From Octopus vulgaris (lineage: Eukaryota): 64,000 nucleotides of DNA. This document shows, piece by piece, positions 1-13,742 of the stretch (position 1 is its first letter; each line of letters begins with the position of its first letter). The translations under genes were made by a program, and so were the position numbers. The DNA is taken from NCBI GenBank assembly GCA_951406725.2, contig OX597821.1, positions 4,216,001 to 4,280,000 on the forward strand, given 5' to 3'. Below the pieces are notes generated by a model that saw only the letters and a program-made list of their open reading frames with translations, was not told where the DNA came from and ran no database searches.

Positions 1-144
1 ATATATATATAATTATATATATATATATATACATACATACATATATATATACATACATATATATATATATATATACATACATATATATATATACATACAT
101 ATATATATATATACATACATACATATATATATACATATATACAT

Positions 145-189
<45 letters not shown>

Positions 190-472
190 CATACATATAT
201 ATATACATACATACATATATATATATACATACTTACATACATATATATATATATATATATGTATGTAAGTATGTATATATATATATGTATGTATGTATAT
301 ATATATATGTATGTATGTATATATATATATATATATCATTATATATATATATATATGTATGTATATATGTATATATATATATGTATGTATGTTAATATAT
401 ATATATGTATGTATATATATATATGTATGTATATATATATATATATATATGTATGTATATATATATGTATGA

Positions 473-511
<39 letters not shown>

Positions 512-537
512 GTATATATATATATATATATATAATT

Positions 538-571
<34 letters not shown>

Positions 572-582
572 TGTATGTATGC

Positions 583-664
<82 letters not shown>

Positions 665-710
665 ATATATAGATACATATATATGTATGTATGTATGTAT
701 AAACATACAT
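1..710. repeat. Interrupted (TA)n/(TATG)n microsatellite array
   Basis: Directly visible dinucleotide/tetranucleotide repeats. Confidence 0.98.
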
Positions 711-998
711 ACCATTGGGAGTGAAGGACTCCTAGCCTTCGTCAGGGCATACTTCTAGGAGAAGGCAACTCAGGTAACTGGGATAACCCCGACATAAAAT
801 CTGCGGCTCAGTGGTTACCGATGATGTTGACTTGTTTTTCTTTTCGGATTATGGCTGCTGTTGCTTAGTGAGGGTGATTGACTCAGTGCACAGCCTTTCC
901 TCACTTAAAAAAATATCTTCTTGCACAGGCATTGCACGATACAACATTGATTAAGCTATGTGCAATGGCCATACTCGATAACGAGGGAGCAGCCACCA
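711..998 (+). mobile_element. Non-autonomous RTE-related element (RTE-like 3' tail, no ORF)
   Basis: Ends ggccatactcgataacgagggagcagccacc, nearly identical to the LINE 3' end at ~9682-9716; the 5' part (ctaggagaaggcaactc) resembles RTE 5' UTRs. Confidence 0.55.
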
Positions 999-1033
999 TA
1001 TATATATATATATATATATATTGTGTATGTATG

Positions 1034-1072
<39 letters not shown>

Positions 1073-1075
1073 CTA

Positions 1076-1123
<48 letters not shown>

Positions 1124-1283
1124 AGTATGTATATATATATATATGTACGTATGTATATATATATATATGTATGTATGTATATATATATATATCATTATAT
1201 ATATATATATATGTATGTATATATGTATATATATATATGTATGTATGTATATATATATATGTATGTATATATATATATGTATG

Positions 1284-1314
<31 letters not shown>

Positions 1315-1323
1315 ATATATATG

Positions 1324-1411
<88 letters not shown>

Positions 1412-1442
1412 ATGTATATATATATATGTATGTATGCATATA

Positions 1443-1495
<53 letters not shown>

Positions 1496-1772
1496 ATATA
1501 TATATATGAATATATGTATATATATAGATACATATATATGTATGTATGTATGTATATATATATACATACATATATGCATGTATATATATATGTATGTATA
1601 TATAAATATGTATATATATATATATATGTATGTACGTATGTATGTATATATATGTATGTATGTATATATATATGTATGTATATGTATATATATATATATG
1701 TATGTGTATGTATATGTATATATATATGTATGTATATATATATGTATATATATATAAGTATGTATGCATATA

Positions 1773-1803
<31 letters not shown>

Positions 1804-1823
1804 GTATACATATATATATATAC

Positions 1824-1885
<62 letters not shown>

Positions 1886-1900
1886 ATATATATATATACA
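999..1900. repeat. Interrupted (TA)n array
   Basis: Visible repeats; interruption pattern duplicates ~255-705. Confidence 0.98.
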
Positions 1901-2049
1901 AGATGGCGCCGAACTAACAAGTCGTGTGTTAATGTGTCTCTCCTAAAGTTTAAAAAGACCTTTAAGAGATCGATATTATCAGAAGTGAATTTTGTCTGTA
2001 AAGCAAATATAAGTGAAAGTACGACAAGACACTGTATTTGAGAAGAATA

Positions 2050-2710
2050 TTTGGCTCCTCCCTTTTCTCTCTGAGCGTATGACTGCATACTGCGGTATGT
2101 GTATTTCTGCATTCCCTATATCGGGTCCAAGATGCGTTTCTATGAGTGCCATGCATATAGCTTGATTGCATGTCACAAAGTCTCTCTGGAATGAGATTTT
2201 CATTTTACAGTTGCCGCGCAGCCGCCTTCCTACGTTCAGTAGAATATTTTTGTGGTGTGTGTGTTGGTGTCTGTGGTGGCCATCCTGCATCTGTTGGTGG
2301 TGGCCTTATGTGGTGGTAGTTCCAGCTTTGTACTTCTAGCCAGGTCAGCCGCTGAACAATTTCCCGTGCCATGCACAAAAATGATTGCTGTTCAGCTGCT
2401 GCCCTTCTCACATCTGGCTGAATCTGGCCATTTGTTGGGTTACCGCGCACCACATCCGCATATCGTCTTTCAGGAGTGGTCAGTGCGCTATTTCTTCTTT
2501 TATATTTTTCTTTTTCTTTATGTTTTTGTTCTCCCTAAGGGAGGGATTTTTGTCTCGTGTCCGGGCAGTTTTGGTAGGGCTTCTGATGTGCAAAGCGACA
2601 ATCCGCACCTTCGACGCCGTACCAGCAGTCCCCTTTCAGGTAGAATTTGTAGATGTTTCTGCCTTTGCCCTTATAGTTCTTGCTGGGGTTCTTTTGTTTT
2701 TTCTGCTATA
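2050..2710 (-). mobile_element. Decayed CR1-type LINE 5' fragment (ORF1 end + start of endonuclease)
   Basis: [23 protein letters not shown] and [37 protein letters not shown] align by eye to the ORF1/ORF2 peptides at 18280-18860; relic finger KFYLKGDCWYGVEGADCRFAH. Confidence 0.9.
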
Positions 2711-3038
2711 TACAGAGAAATTGAAGTGAAGTCGGGCAAGCTACCCGTTAGAATATTTAAATTTCGTTATCTCTATATTGAATCAATTTCGGAATTAACC
2801 TCATAAAATATTTAATCGTCTTCAGTAGACCTTATGAGAGAATATAAATAAGATACTTACATGTAGCGAGTAGATTATATGTGGAAAATCAGCATATTGG
2901 CTGTGAAATAATTTTCTTTAGCCCTTTCTTATAAGTTGTTTATAATTTTAACCGTAAAGGTATTTCAATATGCTGCTACATTTCTTGATGGAATTCTTTT
3001 CTGTAGAGAAAAAAACGTCATCCTATATTAGTAGTGTG

Positions 3039-3106
<68 letters not shown>

Positions 3107-3389
3107 ACTGTGTAGAAGGAGAACTACGTGTTGAACATTTTTATAAGTCATGCAAATGATCACTGTTACGTTTTGCGATATTTGTTACTTGAGGTAGTTG
3201 AAATGAATTCTCCGTTTGCCTCATAATACAGGTCTATTGATTTGTCTGGGAAATAAACTAATTATTTTTCGAAATTTTATACAACAGCTCGCCAACTCGT
3301 ATTATATAGATAATTAATTAATTAATAAGCTCAAGCACTTCATGCGATATATATGTGTGTATGTGTGTGTGTGTGTGTATGTATACACG

Positions 3390-3410
<21 letters not shown>

Positions 3411-3422
<12 letters not shown>

Positions 3423-3597
3423 ATATCTATGGACATACACCGTGTACATATAGAAGCATGTATATATATATATGTATTTACACATATAGCTATTATGACT
3501 ATATATATATATATACATGTATATATCTATGTACATACACGTGTATATATAGAAGCATGTATATATATATATGTATTTACACATATAGCTATTATGA

Positions 3598-3599
<2 letters not shown>
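3411..3599. repeat. ~100-bp tandem duplication inside a TA-rich tract
   Basis: Unit catgtatatatctatg...tagaagcatg...cacatatagctattatgac occurs twice. Confidence 0.9.
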
Positions 3600-3628
<29 letters not shown>

Positions 3629-5269
3629 CGTATATACACACGTGATTATATATGTATATGTTTTCGAAAATATGCCAATTTTAAATGTCATTATGTAGAC
3701 AAGCAGGAAACAGAAAATAATCTTGGGTTTTATTATATTATTAGATTTTCTGTCTTTAAATTAATCTCCTACATACGTAAACAAGTTTATTATAATGCTA
3801 TACGCTCAGACATATGCTTCTTGCGTAGTGCATTGCGTGAGTAAGTTTTAAGAAAATACAAAGAATTTGGCTACTATTTCAAATTCAGGCTTTCTTCTGA
3901 AGGTCACAAGAGCAGTAAGATTAAGATGTAGCAAAATATTTTAGGATATTTTGAACCAAGAAATACATATTCATGACAAAACTGTTGAAGGCAGTTTTGT
4001 CATGAATATCTAAAGGTACGTTTCAAATTGCGTTTGTTCGATTGTAGCAAACTAAATCTATAAAGAATTCAGAGAACATAGGTTAATGTCAATGTACCGT
4101 CCCTTTCTGTAATCCATGCTCTTGATTAGCATTCTTCATAACTTTATTTATGTCGCGTTCATATACTATTTGTCGCTGGGTCTCTATGCGAGCCATGTCC
4201 CCAAAATATATACAAATTTATTGAATAAATTTACCCTTTAGTGTTTCAAGACAGTTTTGTATTATTTTGGTAAATATATGTGTTAAAATGAGATGTCTGT
4301 TATTTTCAATTTGGCGTAATTACGACGACAATTTATTCACCGTAGTGTGTAGATATATGTGTATGCATAGGGTGTTGCGAGAATCCCTTAAGTTCTATAA
4401 ATATATTCACGTTACTTCCCAGTTTAGAGGTTAGAACAAGGCAAGTATAATACATAGTATATTATTCTATTTGTTTTATCATTAATTTATCTTAAGAGAT
4501 TTTCGATTTCAGTCTCGTGCCCACAATGTTTTAAAAGTGTTTCTTCTATTTCATGAAAGGTATTGATTTTTGAAGCCTACACATTCACCTAAGTTTATAG
4601 AATTCTACTCCTTTCTAGAGAAAATTTACTGAACTCAAGTGTCAACTAAAACTTTGTTTCTATGTATAATTAAAAACTAAATGCAATAGCCGTTCAAGGG
4701 AAATCAAACGAATCACTTTTGTATGAAAGATGATCGTAAACAGTTATTTGAAGATAAGCAATATTTCACAGGTGTAACATATTCAGAGTATTCATTTAAA
4801 AACAGAGCATTGATTAAACATATTTGTCTTCGTGGAGCCACAGCCAAACATGGATTCAGAGTGGGATACATACATGACTAGATAACTGGCTATACATATA
4901 CGTATATATTATATATATGCATACATATATCTATTCATACATTCATATGCATATATATATATATATATATATCTTTTCATGTTTCAGCTCAAGAAGTTCT
5001 ATTGCCACCACCATCTGAAGTTCTATTGCCACCACCATCACCACTAGCAACAATAATTAAGGTGCTGACAATGATGATGATGACAATTGAAATATAAAAA
5101 TCCCTGACAAAGGCTATTTACGACATTTCTAAAAATAGCCCAACAATTGCTACCTCGACCAGGGTTAAGATACAGGACTCTTGACATGTTCAACAAAGCG
5201 TGACGCCTAAACCAGCCAATCAGCTTAAGTAATTGAGTGATGATACACACTGATTGGTCAGAATACAGT

Positions 5270-5995
5270 TTGCAGCTGATATGCTGCACAGAGGCTATCT
5301 TCTTCGTGTAGCTTCGTTGGATCGCCTCAAGTTCTGTGATCAACTTGACACTGATGGTGACCATAGCTGAGAGCAATAGTAACAGTGGCTTAGGACAAGT
5401 GTCCTCCTGAGGACCATCATGGTTTCCTGGTCTCTTGTTCTAAAGGTTCTAAGAATCCATCCGGTCAGCCGCCTACATTTCATTGCCAATTTAGCAACAC
5501 GCACATGAAAGGTTGCATCATCACTCATGTAAATAACCAGGTCTCGCACTGATTGTGCCTCTGGGATTGCAATCCCTCCAGGTCCAGTGTATTTATTGGG
5601 TATTGCATTTAGTTTTGCATGCTGATAGCATAAAGCTTGAAACTTTTCAGCATTGAACTGCATGCTATTCTTTTCAGCCCACTTGTAAATTTTGTCCAGC
5701 TCACATTGCAGGTGCTTAGTGTCTTCAGGGTTCTGTATTGCCTGTGAAAATTTTGTATCATGTGCATAACTTGTGATCGTGGCTCTCTGCGTGGCTGAGG
5801 GCATGTCTGAGAGGGCCATTATGAACAGTAGTGGTCCCAAAACAGTGCCTTGCGGAACACCGCTCACTATTTGCGTGTTATATGTATATATGTATATATG
5901 TATTTGCGTGTTATTGGAGGTGGCCCTATTGGCTACTACCACCTGACTTCTATCCTTCAGAAAGTCATGAAGCCATTCTCCCAATTTTCCAACTG
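5270..5995 (-). mobile_element. CR1-type LINE RT fragment
   Basis: [17 protein letters not shown] (mutated YADD), [17 protein letters not shown]; close match to 15930-16615. Confidence 0.97.
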
Positions 5996-8900
5996 TTCAG
6001 CGTAATTCTAAAGCTAGATATCAATGCCATAAACATTTCATTCAGTAGCGGCTTTCAGTTAAGGAACACAATACAACCTTGTTATAAATATTTGACTGCA
6101 TGCACCAACATTAAAGACCACTAAAAGGATAATTATTGCAAGAAAAGAAAAAGCGACGCAGAAATGCTAATCTAAACTAATGATTTCAAAGTAATAGTGA
6201 TCTCCATGTACTGGAGATAAAACAAAAACAAAAAGAAAAACTAGGCCGTTTTGCATTGAAATTTAAAAGAAAAAAAGAACATTTATTCATTTCAAATGAG
6301 AATCTTGAGACTATAACAAGAATAACAAAATGCAGAGAAAAATGCATCACACTCCTGCTTTTCTTGTTAGATTAAAACTATTTCTGTTATGCCGTAGTTT
6401 TAAATTTCACGTTTATGAACGTATCGAGTATATAATTTTCAAGGAATTAAATGGTGTATAAAATATGCTACTCGCTTTGATGTTTACCGTCTTAGATTTC
6501 TATACCTGTTGCAGGACGCCGTTATAGAACCATTGCTGTAAATTAACACAAGGTATTGTCGGTTTATAGTTATTTTTTATTATTTATTTGCGAGGATCGC
6601 CAGGTCTATATCGCATCTTGCCTTTTATTATTATTTCTGAATGAGATACAGATATGTAAGAATTACTATTTTCAAATAAGAAGGTACGAAGTGATACAGG
6701 CGAGGAAACAAATACGATTTTGAGATATCCTTTAAAATACTTTAAATCCTATTTGCCTTTGCACCGGAATACAATAGTTAGTTCAGGTGCCAATGAAATA
6801 ATAACGTTTGGTATATAATTGAGTACACCGCTGACATTATAAATGCGTGGCAGTGTGCCAATGGTTAAGGAAACAAATAAATTTGTATGTCGAATAGCAA
6901 GTACCATAAATAATGTGATAACCTCTGACAAACTAAACCCATGTTGTACTTTCAATTACAGGTTTAGTACCAATTAACGATACTGACACCGCTAATGGCC
7001 TAATCTCTACTTCTACTGACATAAATCAACTATATTCCTGGCTGTGTTTAGTCTATAATAGTTAGAATCTAGTGTGTGTTCATTTTTATATTTCATACAA
7101 CCACGGTAGATAAACAATACAGTAATAAGAAAATAATGGAGGGCAAATCAATACTATACTATATAAACATTGATATATATTCCATCCAAGATGATGGTTT
7201 GTGTCTGCTATAATTCATTTCAAGTTCACAATGAAATAATTTGTGATATCAATGGATGTAGGCCAATGATGTTATTGCTCCTAGCATAACACAACACCGA
7301 CAGACATGCGAGCAAACATGATACTTATTCCTTGTACAAATCTGAACTATTTTATCCTTCATCATGTATTTGCTGCTGATGTGAGAGTGGTGTGTAATCA
7401 TTTGTTTGATTATATTCACATCATCACAGCGGCGGCATGATATGAAGAATCTATATTATGACTGTTGATACAACAGTCAGAACCCTATTGAATTCGCCAG
7501 TCATGAATATGTGACTCTGATATTATAGAACATTATTGCTTTCAAGGACTACTCGTAATTTTCCCCTAATTACCTAAGCTGTTCATATACTTCAATTTAC
7601 TTATTATCTACCTCAAGCCACATCTGCATCAATATATTTATATCTGTATATTTCATGTTCACGTGTAGCTTACATTAACCCTAATATGTCCATTGTAGTA
7701 TTAAAATTTGCAACAGTTCTGTAATATTTAAACCTGTCAGCAACACAGTTTCCATTTGGTCTTTTATTGCGTTAATATTAACCTCTATGTTGTGTAACCG
7801 GCGAGCATGCGCGTAGTCGATAAGGTTGCTAGTAACAGCAATACGACTGCTTTAAATTCCAACGTACCTTATATGAAAAAATGAAAAGAACATTGGATGA
7901 TATAATCCTTAATAATTTATGTCTGTAGAAAGCAAATATACCTCACCAGAAGTGTTTGGATTATAAATTGTCCAACTGATGTAACAATAACATGTAGCAA
8001 ATGACATCATGTACTCTCATGTACAACTAACAACAGACGTTATAGTTCCCCTGAAATTGTATAATCACTTGAGAGAACGAAAGGTATTTTAATAAATTGG
8101 AAAAGGTAGGATGATCGCAGATGCAACGCCGCGATCATACGTTTATTTGGTCAAATTTCCCATACGTATAACAATGATCGAATATCTATTTCCCGTTATA
8201 TTCGCGGTGTTAGTATGTAATTCTGCATCACTGCATGACATATATTAGTTACCTGTCCTTGTTGCATCTGTGTATTCTGTTGTTGCTTACGTTGCTGTTT
8301 CTGCGTTGTTTAACACCAAGTCACCTTGGATACAGATGGAAATTATCTGTGATCGAAGGCATTTCTACCTACAGTACCATATCGTCTCTTATAAGGAAAA
8401 TCCAAAATGACATTATCTAATACATCCTTCCAGTTTTAAGAAAATGCATTCTGATTTGAGTGAGATTTCATGTTAAGTCCTGTATTACGTGCGACATTAT
8501 GTTTGTTGAATCATTGATTGGTTAAATATTTAGCTATGTCCTTATGAAGGAATGATAATAATAAACATCATATATATACATTCCGCCTAGTAATTAAGGC
8601 ACACGTACACGAATATATTAATTAACAAGAGAGTTAAAGTTCGTGACATTACGTATATTATCAGCAGAATGTAAATGAAGTTATAATAATAATTAATATT
8701 TTAACCTTGTGGTTAAACCATCCTTACGTGAAATACACGGATGACTCAATGAAAAGACGAACATACTTAAATAACGAAAGATGTAATTTATGGGCAAATT
8801 GTACAAAATTCTCGAATTGATACACCACGTGTTTCCGTCATGCGTATTTCCAGAGTGTAGACTTTACTAATTCGCATCTAGTCCAATTCTAAAAAAAATC

Positions 8901-9276
8901 AATTACGATATACTTTTTATAATAATGATTTACTCTTACAGAAATAAAACCCTGGATTTTGTTCCTATTTCCCGCTCCATCTATTATATAATTGCTTAAA
9001 TACATACAGGCAAAAAGATATATGCACTCATATACACATGATTCTATGCAATAAGTGTGCGCATGCTTGCCTGTTTTCATGTTTCATATGCATGCACGTT
9101 CTATGTTTACTTTGGGTTTTATATAAATTCTGCTTCATGGAAGTCAAGACTACTATCAGTATACATTATGGACGGTAGTGACCTCTAATTAACTATAGTT
9201 GTTTCATGTAAATTTATGAGGATATAAGATTCAGTTCGAAAAATGTAAACCAGGTTGAAGCTTAAACATTATGTTG

Positions 9277-9377
<101 letters not shown>

Positions 9378-9409
9378 GATGTGTATATGTGTGTGTGTAT
9401 ATGTATGTA

Positions 9410-9716
9410 GTCATAGAGCGAGACAGATGAGTGACAACCTGGCCACTGTGGTTTGTGTTACACACCATATTAATCATATCTGTCAGGCATGTGGAAGAGA
9501 GTGCAATTCTGCAGGATAACTTAAACGACATGCAAAGGTACATGAAGCCCAATTACAACTACAGCCGGCTATTACCAGTAAAGGTTTTAGCTGCCAATTA
9601 TGTACAAAACATTGTAGATCTTTAGCTGGGCTAAAAAGTCACATTCGATCACAGCACCAATAACAGTTAAGCTTCGTGCCATGGCCATACTCGATAACGA
9701 GGGGGCAGCCATCATC
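9410..9716 (+). mobile_element. 3' end of an RTE-like LINE with two C2H2 zinc fingers
   Basis: Frame reads CQACGRECNSAG*LKRHAKVH...CQLCTKHCRSLAGLKSHIRSQHQ* (stop 9661-9663), then a short 3' tail shared with 711-998. A terminal CxxC...GLxSHxRxH is typical of RTE ORF2. Confidence 0.7.
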
Positions 9717-10290
9717 TTGTATGTATATATGTATGTATATATACATGTTTGTATGTGTATGGGTGTGTGTTTGCGTGTGTGTGTTATGTATGTGTCAGTG
9801 TGTGTATGTATATAAACATGTATATATTTTCAACAATATTAAGGAATGGCCCTGATATGCCATTCGACTCACCAGAAAGAGCAGCCAAACTCAAACCACT
9901 AAATAGTTGTAATTCTGAAGCCAAAGGAGAAATAAAAACATTTACCCTTATCATCTTTGGACTATGAATAGTTTCGACACTTTGGTAAACCAATTAAATT
10001 AAATTCAATTAAATTTGTTTACATCTGGCTTGTCCCGTCAGCAAAGTAGCCAAGGAAAATATATATCCACGAGGCGACACCAGCGACGCCTCGGGTCTAT
10101 ATACTCTAAATTTTCAAAATCCACCGTCACCGCGCTATCTTCTTGAAATTATATATAATCTGTGACTATTTTTTCTTTCTCACTAGACCGCTGGTGGCGA
10201 TAAATTTTTCTTGATATACATGTATATATATATATATACATACATACATACATACATATATGTGTGTGTATATGCATATGTATATATAGA

Positions 10291-10322
<32 letters not shown>

Positions 10323-10325
<3 letters not shown>

Positions 10326-10594
10326 GTCTGATCAATACGTATCAAGACTCTTGCCATTGCAAGGAAGCTACAGCATGCAGAGTGAAACAGCTTCGCACAG
10401 ATTGACATGAAACCCTGCTGTAAATACGCACTCAGTTTTAACGTTCTGGCTCACTTCTGTTGGTTACAGCAGTCCTTGGAAGAAAGATGTGCAGCGTGTA
10501 ACCGTTGCATTGATCATGACAGGTGAAGTTGAGAATCTGCATCAAATTTTACCAAAATCTTGGGGAAACCTGCTCAGAGGCCTACGCAAAGTTT
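10323..10594 (+). mobile_element. Mariner 5' fragment (terminus + transposase start)
   Basis: Starts ggtctgatcaatacgtatc; ends atctgcatcaaatttt...tgctcagaggcctacgcaaag (ICIKF...CSEAYAK), matching the other mariner copies. Confidence 0.75.
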
Positions 10595-11165
10595 TCAAAA
10601 ATTTTCATCATTCTTGACACAATACAGAACTTGTGTCAGTGAATCCCGAATGACTTCTTGATTAGCTGAATGTAGTTTTGGCATAAAGTTGGCAGACACG
10701 CGTCTCATACCCAAATCTTCAGTGGTAATAAACTGAACCGTAACTAATCTGCACATCCTCTGATATATCACGGATGTTGGGTCGGCGGTTCCCACTCACT
10801 GCTTCAATCACATCTGTGATATTTTTCTCTGTTACGCTGGTTGCAGGTCTCCCAGAAAGTTTGTCATTATCGACATTTTTTCGGCCATCTTGAAAACGTC
10901 TGAACAACTCGCACACTAGCCTGAGGTTCATACACTCCTCTCCCATACACTTTCTGTAACTTTGCGTAGGCCTCTGAGGCAGGTACCGCCACGACAACTT
11001 CCTCTGTCATTGTCAATGCGACGATCACACGCCACACACTTTCGATTCACGAACTACTGTAAACAGTGGAAGTGAGCTAGGACGTTCAAACTTGATGCGT
11101 TTGTAAAGTAGAGGTCATGATCGATCTTTGGCAAGCGGATGGTTTAGCCTCGTCATTCGTTACTA
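10595..11165 (-). mobile_element. Mariner transposase N-terminal (HTH) pseudogene fragment
   Basis: FRRFQDGRKNVDNDKLSGRPATS...[20 protein letters not shown]...TEDLGMRRVSANFMPK. Confidence 0.92.
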
Positions 11166-11169
11166 TACA

Positions 11170-11218
<49 letters not shown>

Positions 11219-12636
11219 AGAGTTGCGAATTCTATGTGATCTCCAAATGTATAGACGCCAAGATAGCTTTCTAATTGCACCTTTCTCTTGACTTTCAACT
11301 TGAATATTCCATATTCCTTGCTTGTTTTTCAGATTAAATGTGGCTGTCCTTTATAACATATGATCCGTGCGTAAATGCTATGCTTTTATCGTAATATATT
11401 GCTCATTTATTGGACGTTTTGGGATTGAGTTTTTGATCTTTGCTACTAACATTAAATATCAACACGGTGCTAGAGACTTTTTATTCTTCTTGATGAATAA
11501 TTCATTCCATTCAGATGAGCAAGTTATCTTGACATCTTGCTCATCTGTATGGAATGAATTATGACAATACATTATTAAACTAGAACCGTTTTCGTCTTAC
11601 CTACACGCTGATCAAGCAGGTTGCTCTACGCTCTAAAATACCAGTGTTAGTAAGGATAAAACTGAACGAATTGCTGTTGGATTTTCAAACGCTTCATGAA
11701 TGGCCCATAGCGACTTTCTGTAACCTCTACTTTTCTCATATGAGATTGTGATTAACGATACAGCTGGTTTTCGCAAAGGAGTATGCAGCTGTTTTACTTT
11801 GATTACGATATTTTATTGTAACGCGCCAATAATATTTCTCTGGTCAATCGAGCCCAGCAAGTTCCTTTCATTTGTTTTTACTTGTTTTGTTCTTTACTCT
11901 TTTCCAGATTATATCGAATAGAGTAACATGTCTTACAAACTGGTACAGTCTTAGACTATTTATTGCTAACAATCCACGATATACTAACGTCTTTAGTCTT
12001 CGTTTTCTGCAGCAGTATATGTCTTCCGACTAGACTGATGTTTGAAACATATTTCATGTAAAAGAGTATTAAGTGGTGATTGTCCTTAAAATGGTTACAT
12101 ACGAGAAACCCTAAGATCAAAGGTAGATTCTATAAATATGTCTCAACTCCATGCTGAACCTAGTGTATATATGCCCTCTATATTTTCTGCTTTATATTTT
12201 TAATATCCACGAACAGCATTTCTGTACTCGTATCTCCATGTGATTACGAATTTATGTACTTGGGTTTCCGTAGTTGGGTAGTTATATGTATATAAGCGTA
12301 GCATGTGGAAACGTATATTGATAAAGAGTGATGTTTAAAAAATCTTCCAACAAATAAATAAAGCGGAGCAACGGATACTTATTATTGTACATAAATCGGG
12401 GCTCAGTGGCGCCGCATAATTTTCAACAATTGACAACAGGCACGTATAATACATCTTTGTTTCCACATCACTTCCTCTTCATATACTTAGATTTGTCTCT
12501 CGTTTCTATATTTCTGTTGGAGTTTCCGTAGTTCTTGATACCATTATCCACATATAATTTCGTCTTCTTTCTATATTTCTCATACACAAACTTGCATGCA
12601 TGGATACATACATACAGAGAGATATACATATACTTA

Positions 12637-12674
<38 letters not shown>

Positions 12675-12678
12675 TATG

Positions 12679-12803
<125 letters not shown>

Positions 12804-13011
12804 TCGTAACTTCTTTCCGCAGTGCGAATATGGTTCTCTTGTATATCAGACATTTCTCTTGTGTTTGCCGACTCTTATTTTTTTTTTATTGATGCTAACT
12901 GAGGCACGTGGTTATTTGATCAGCCAGTCTTTTAATACGGCAAACAATTTGACATCCATCCACATGAAACTGTAGCAATGCAAACACAGATATTGAGAAA
13001 CCTCGCTACAA

Positions 13012-13100
<89 letters not shown>

Positions 13101-13742
13101 CATGTATATATTCTTCTATGTATATTGGTATATATATATATATATATTTATATATATACATATACACACATACATATACATATGTATGTGTGTTTGTGTG
13201 TAAATATCAATGTATTCATGTGCTGTATGCATATAGTAACGTATAAAGCCACGCTTGCTAACAAAGATCCTTCAGCCGCATAGAAGATTCTCGAATCAAC
13301 AATATATATGCGTGTGAATGCTTTTATGGCGTATGTGTAAAACGACACGCGAGTCTAGACCGTATTTGCGAAGACGAATAACCGAATGTAACATTATCTA
13401 TTCTCTGCAATCATGTTGACTATTCATTTACTATATTCTTTGATAATATCTATTGCGAAGTAGTTTTCAGAATGTTGATTTTAGTGTCTCTCGGGTTAAT
13501 TTCATATGACCAGATTTCACATTCACATGATGAATAATAGATAGATTGCAAAACGGAAAAAAATAATTTCTTCAGTTCACTCACATTAAATGGTCCCTCT
13601 ACCATCTTCATTCATGGACAAAGGAACAACCTCACACATACACAATCATATGCATACACATATGTATTAACACAATTGTTGACACATTTATGGTTTCTTG
13701 CCAATACAAATGTACAGTTAATATCGGTATGTAAGCATTGTA

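Noticed and set aside
4993-5040. 24-bp direct repeat as a CRISPR-like array
   Set aside because: Only two adjacent units with no spacer; a simple tandem duplication.
6749-7065. Short ORFs or exon candidates on both strands
   Set aside because: No recognisable domain and no matched acceptor/donor pair around an open frame.
10180-10200. CTCF-like motif (cgccaccagcggtc on minus)
   Set aside because: Partial match only; expected by chance.
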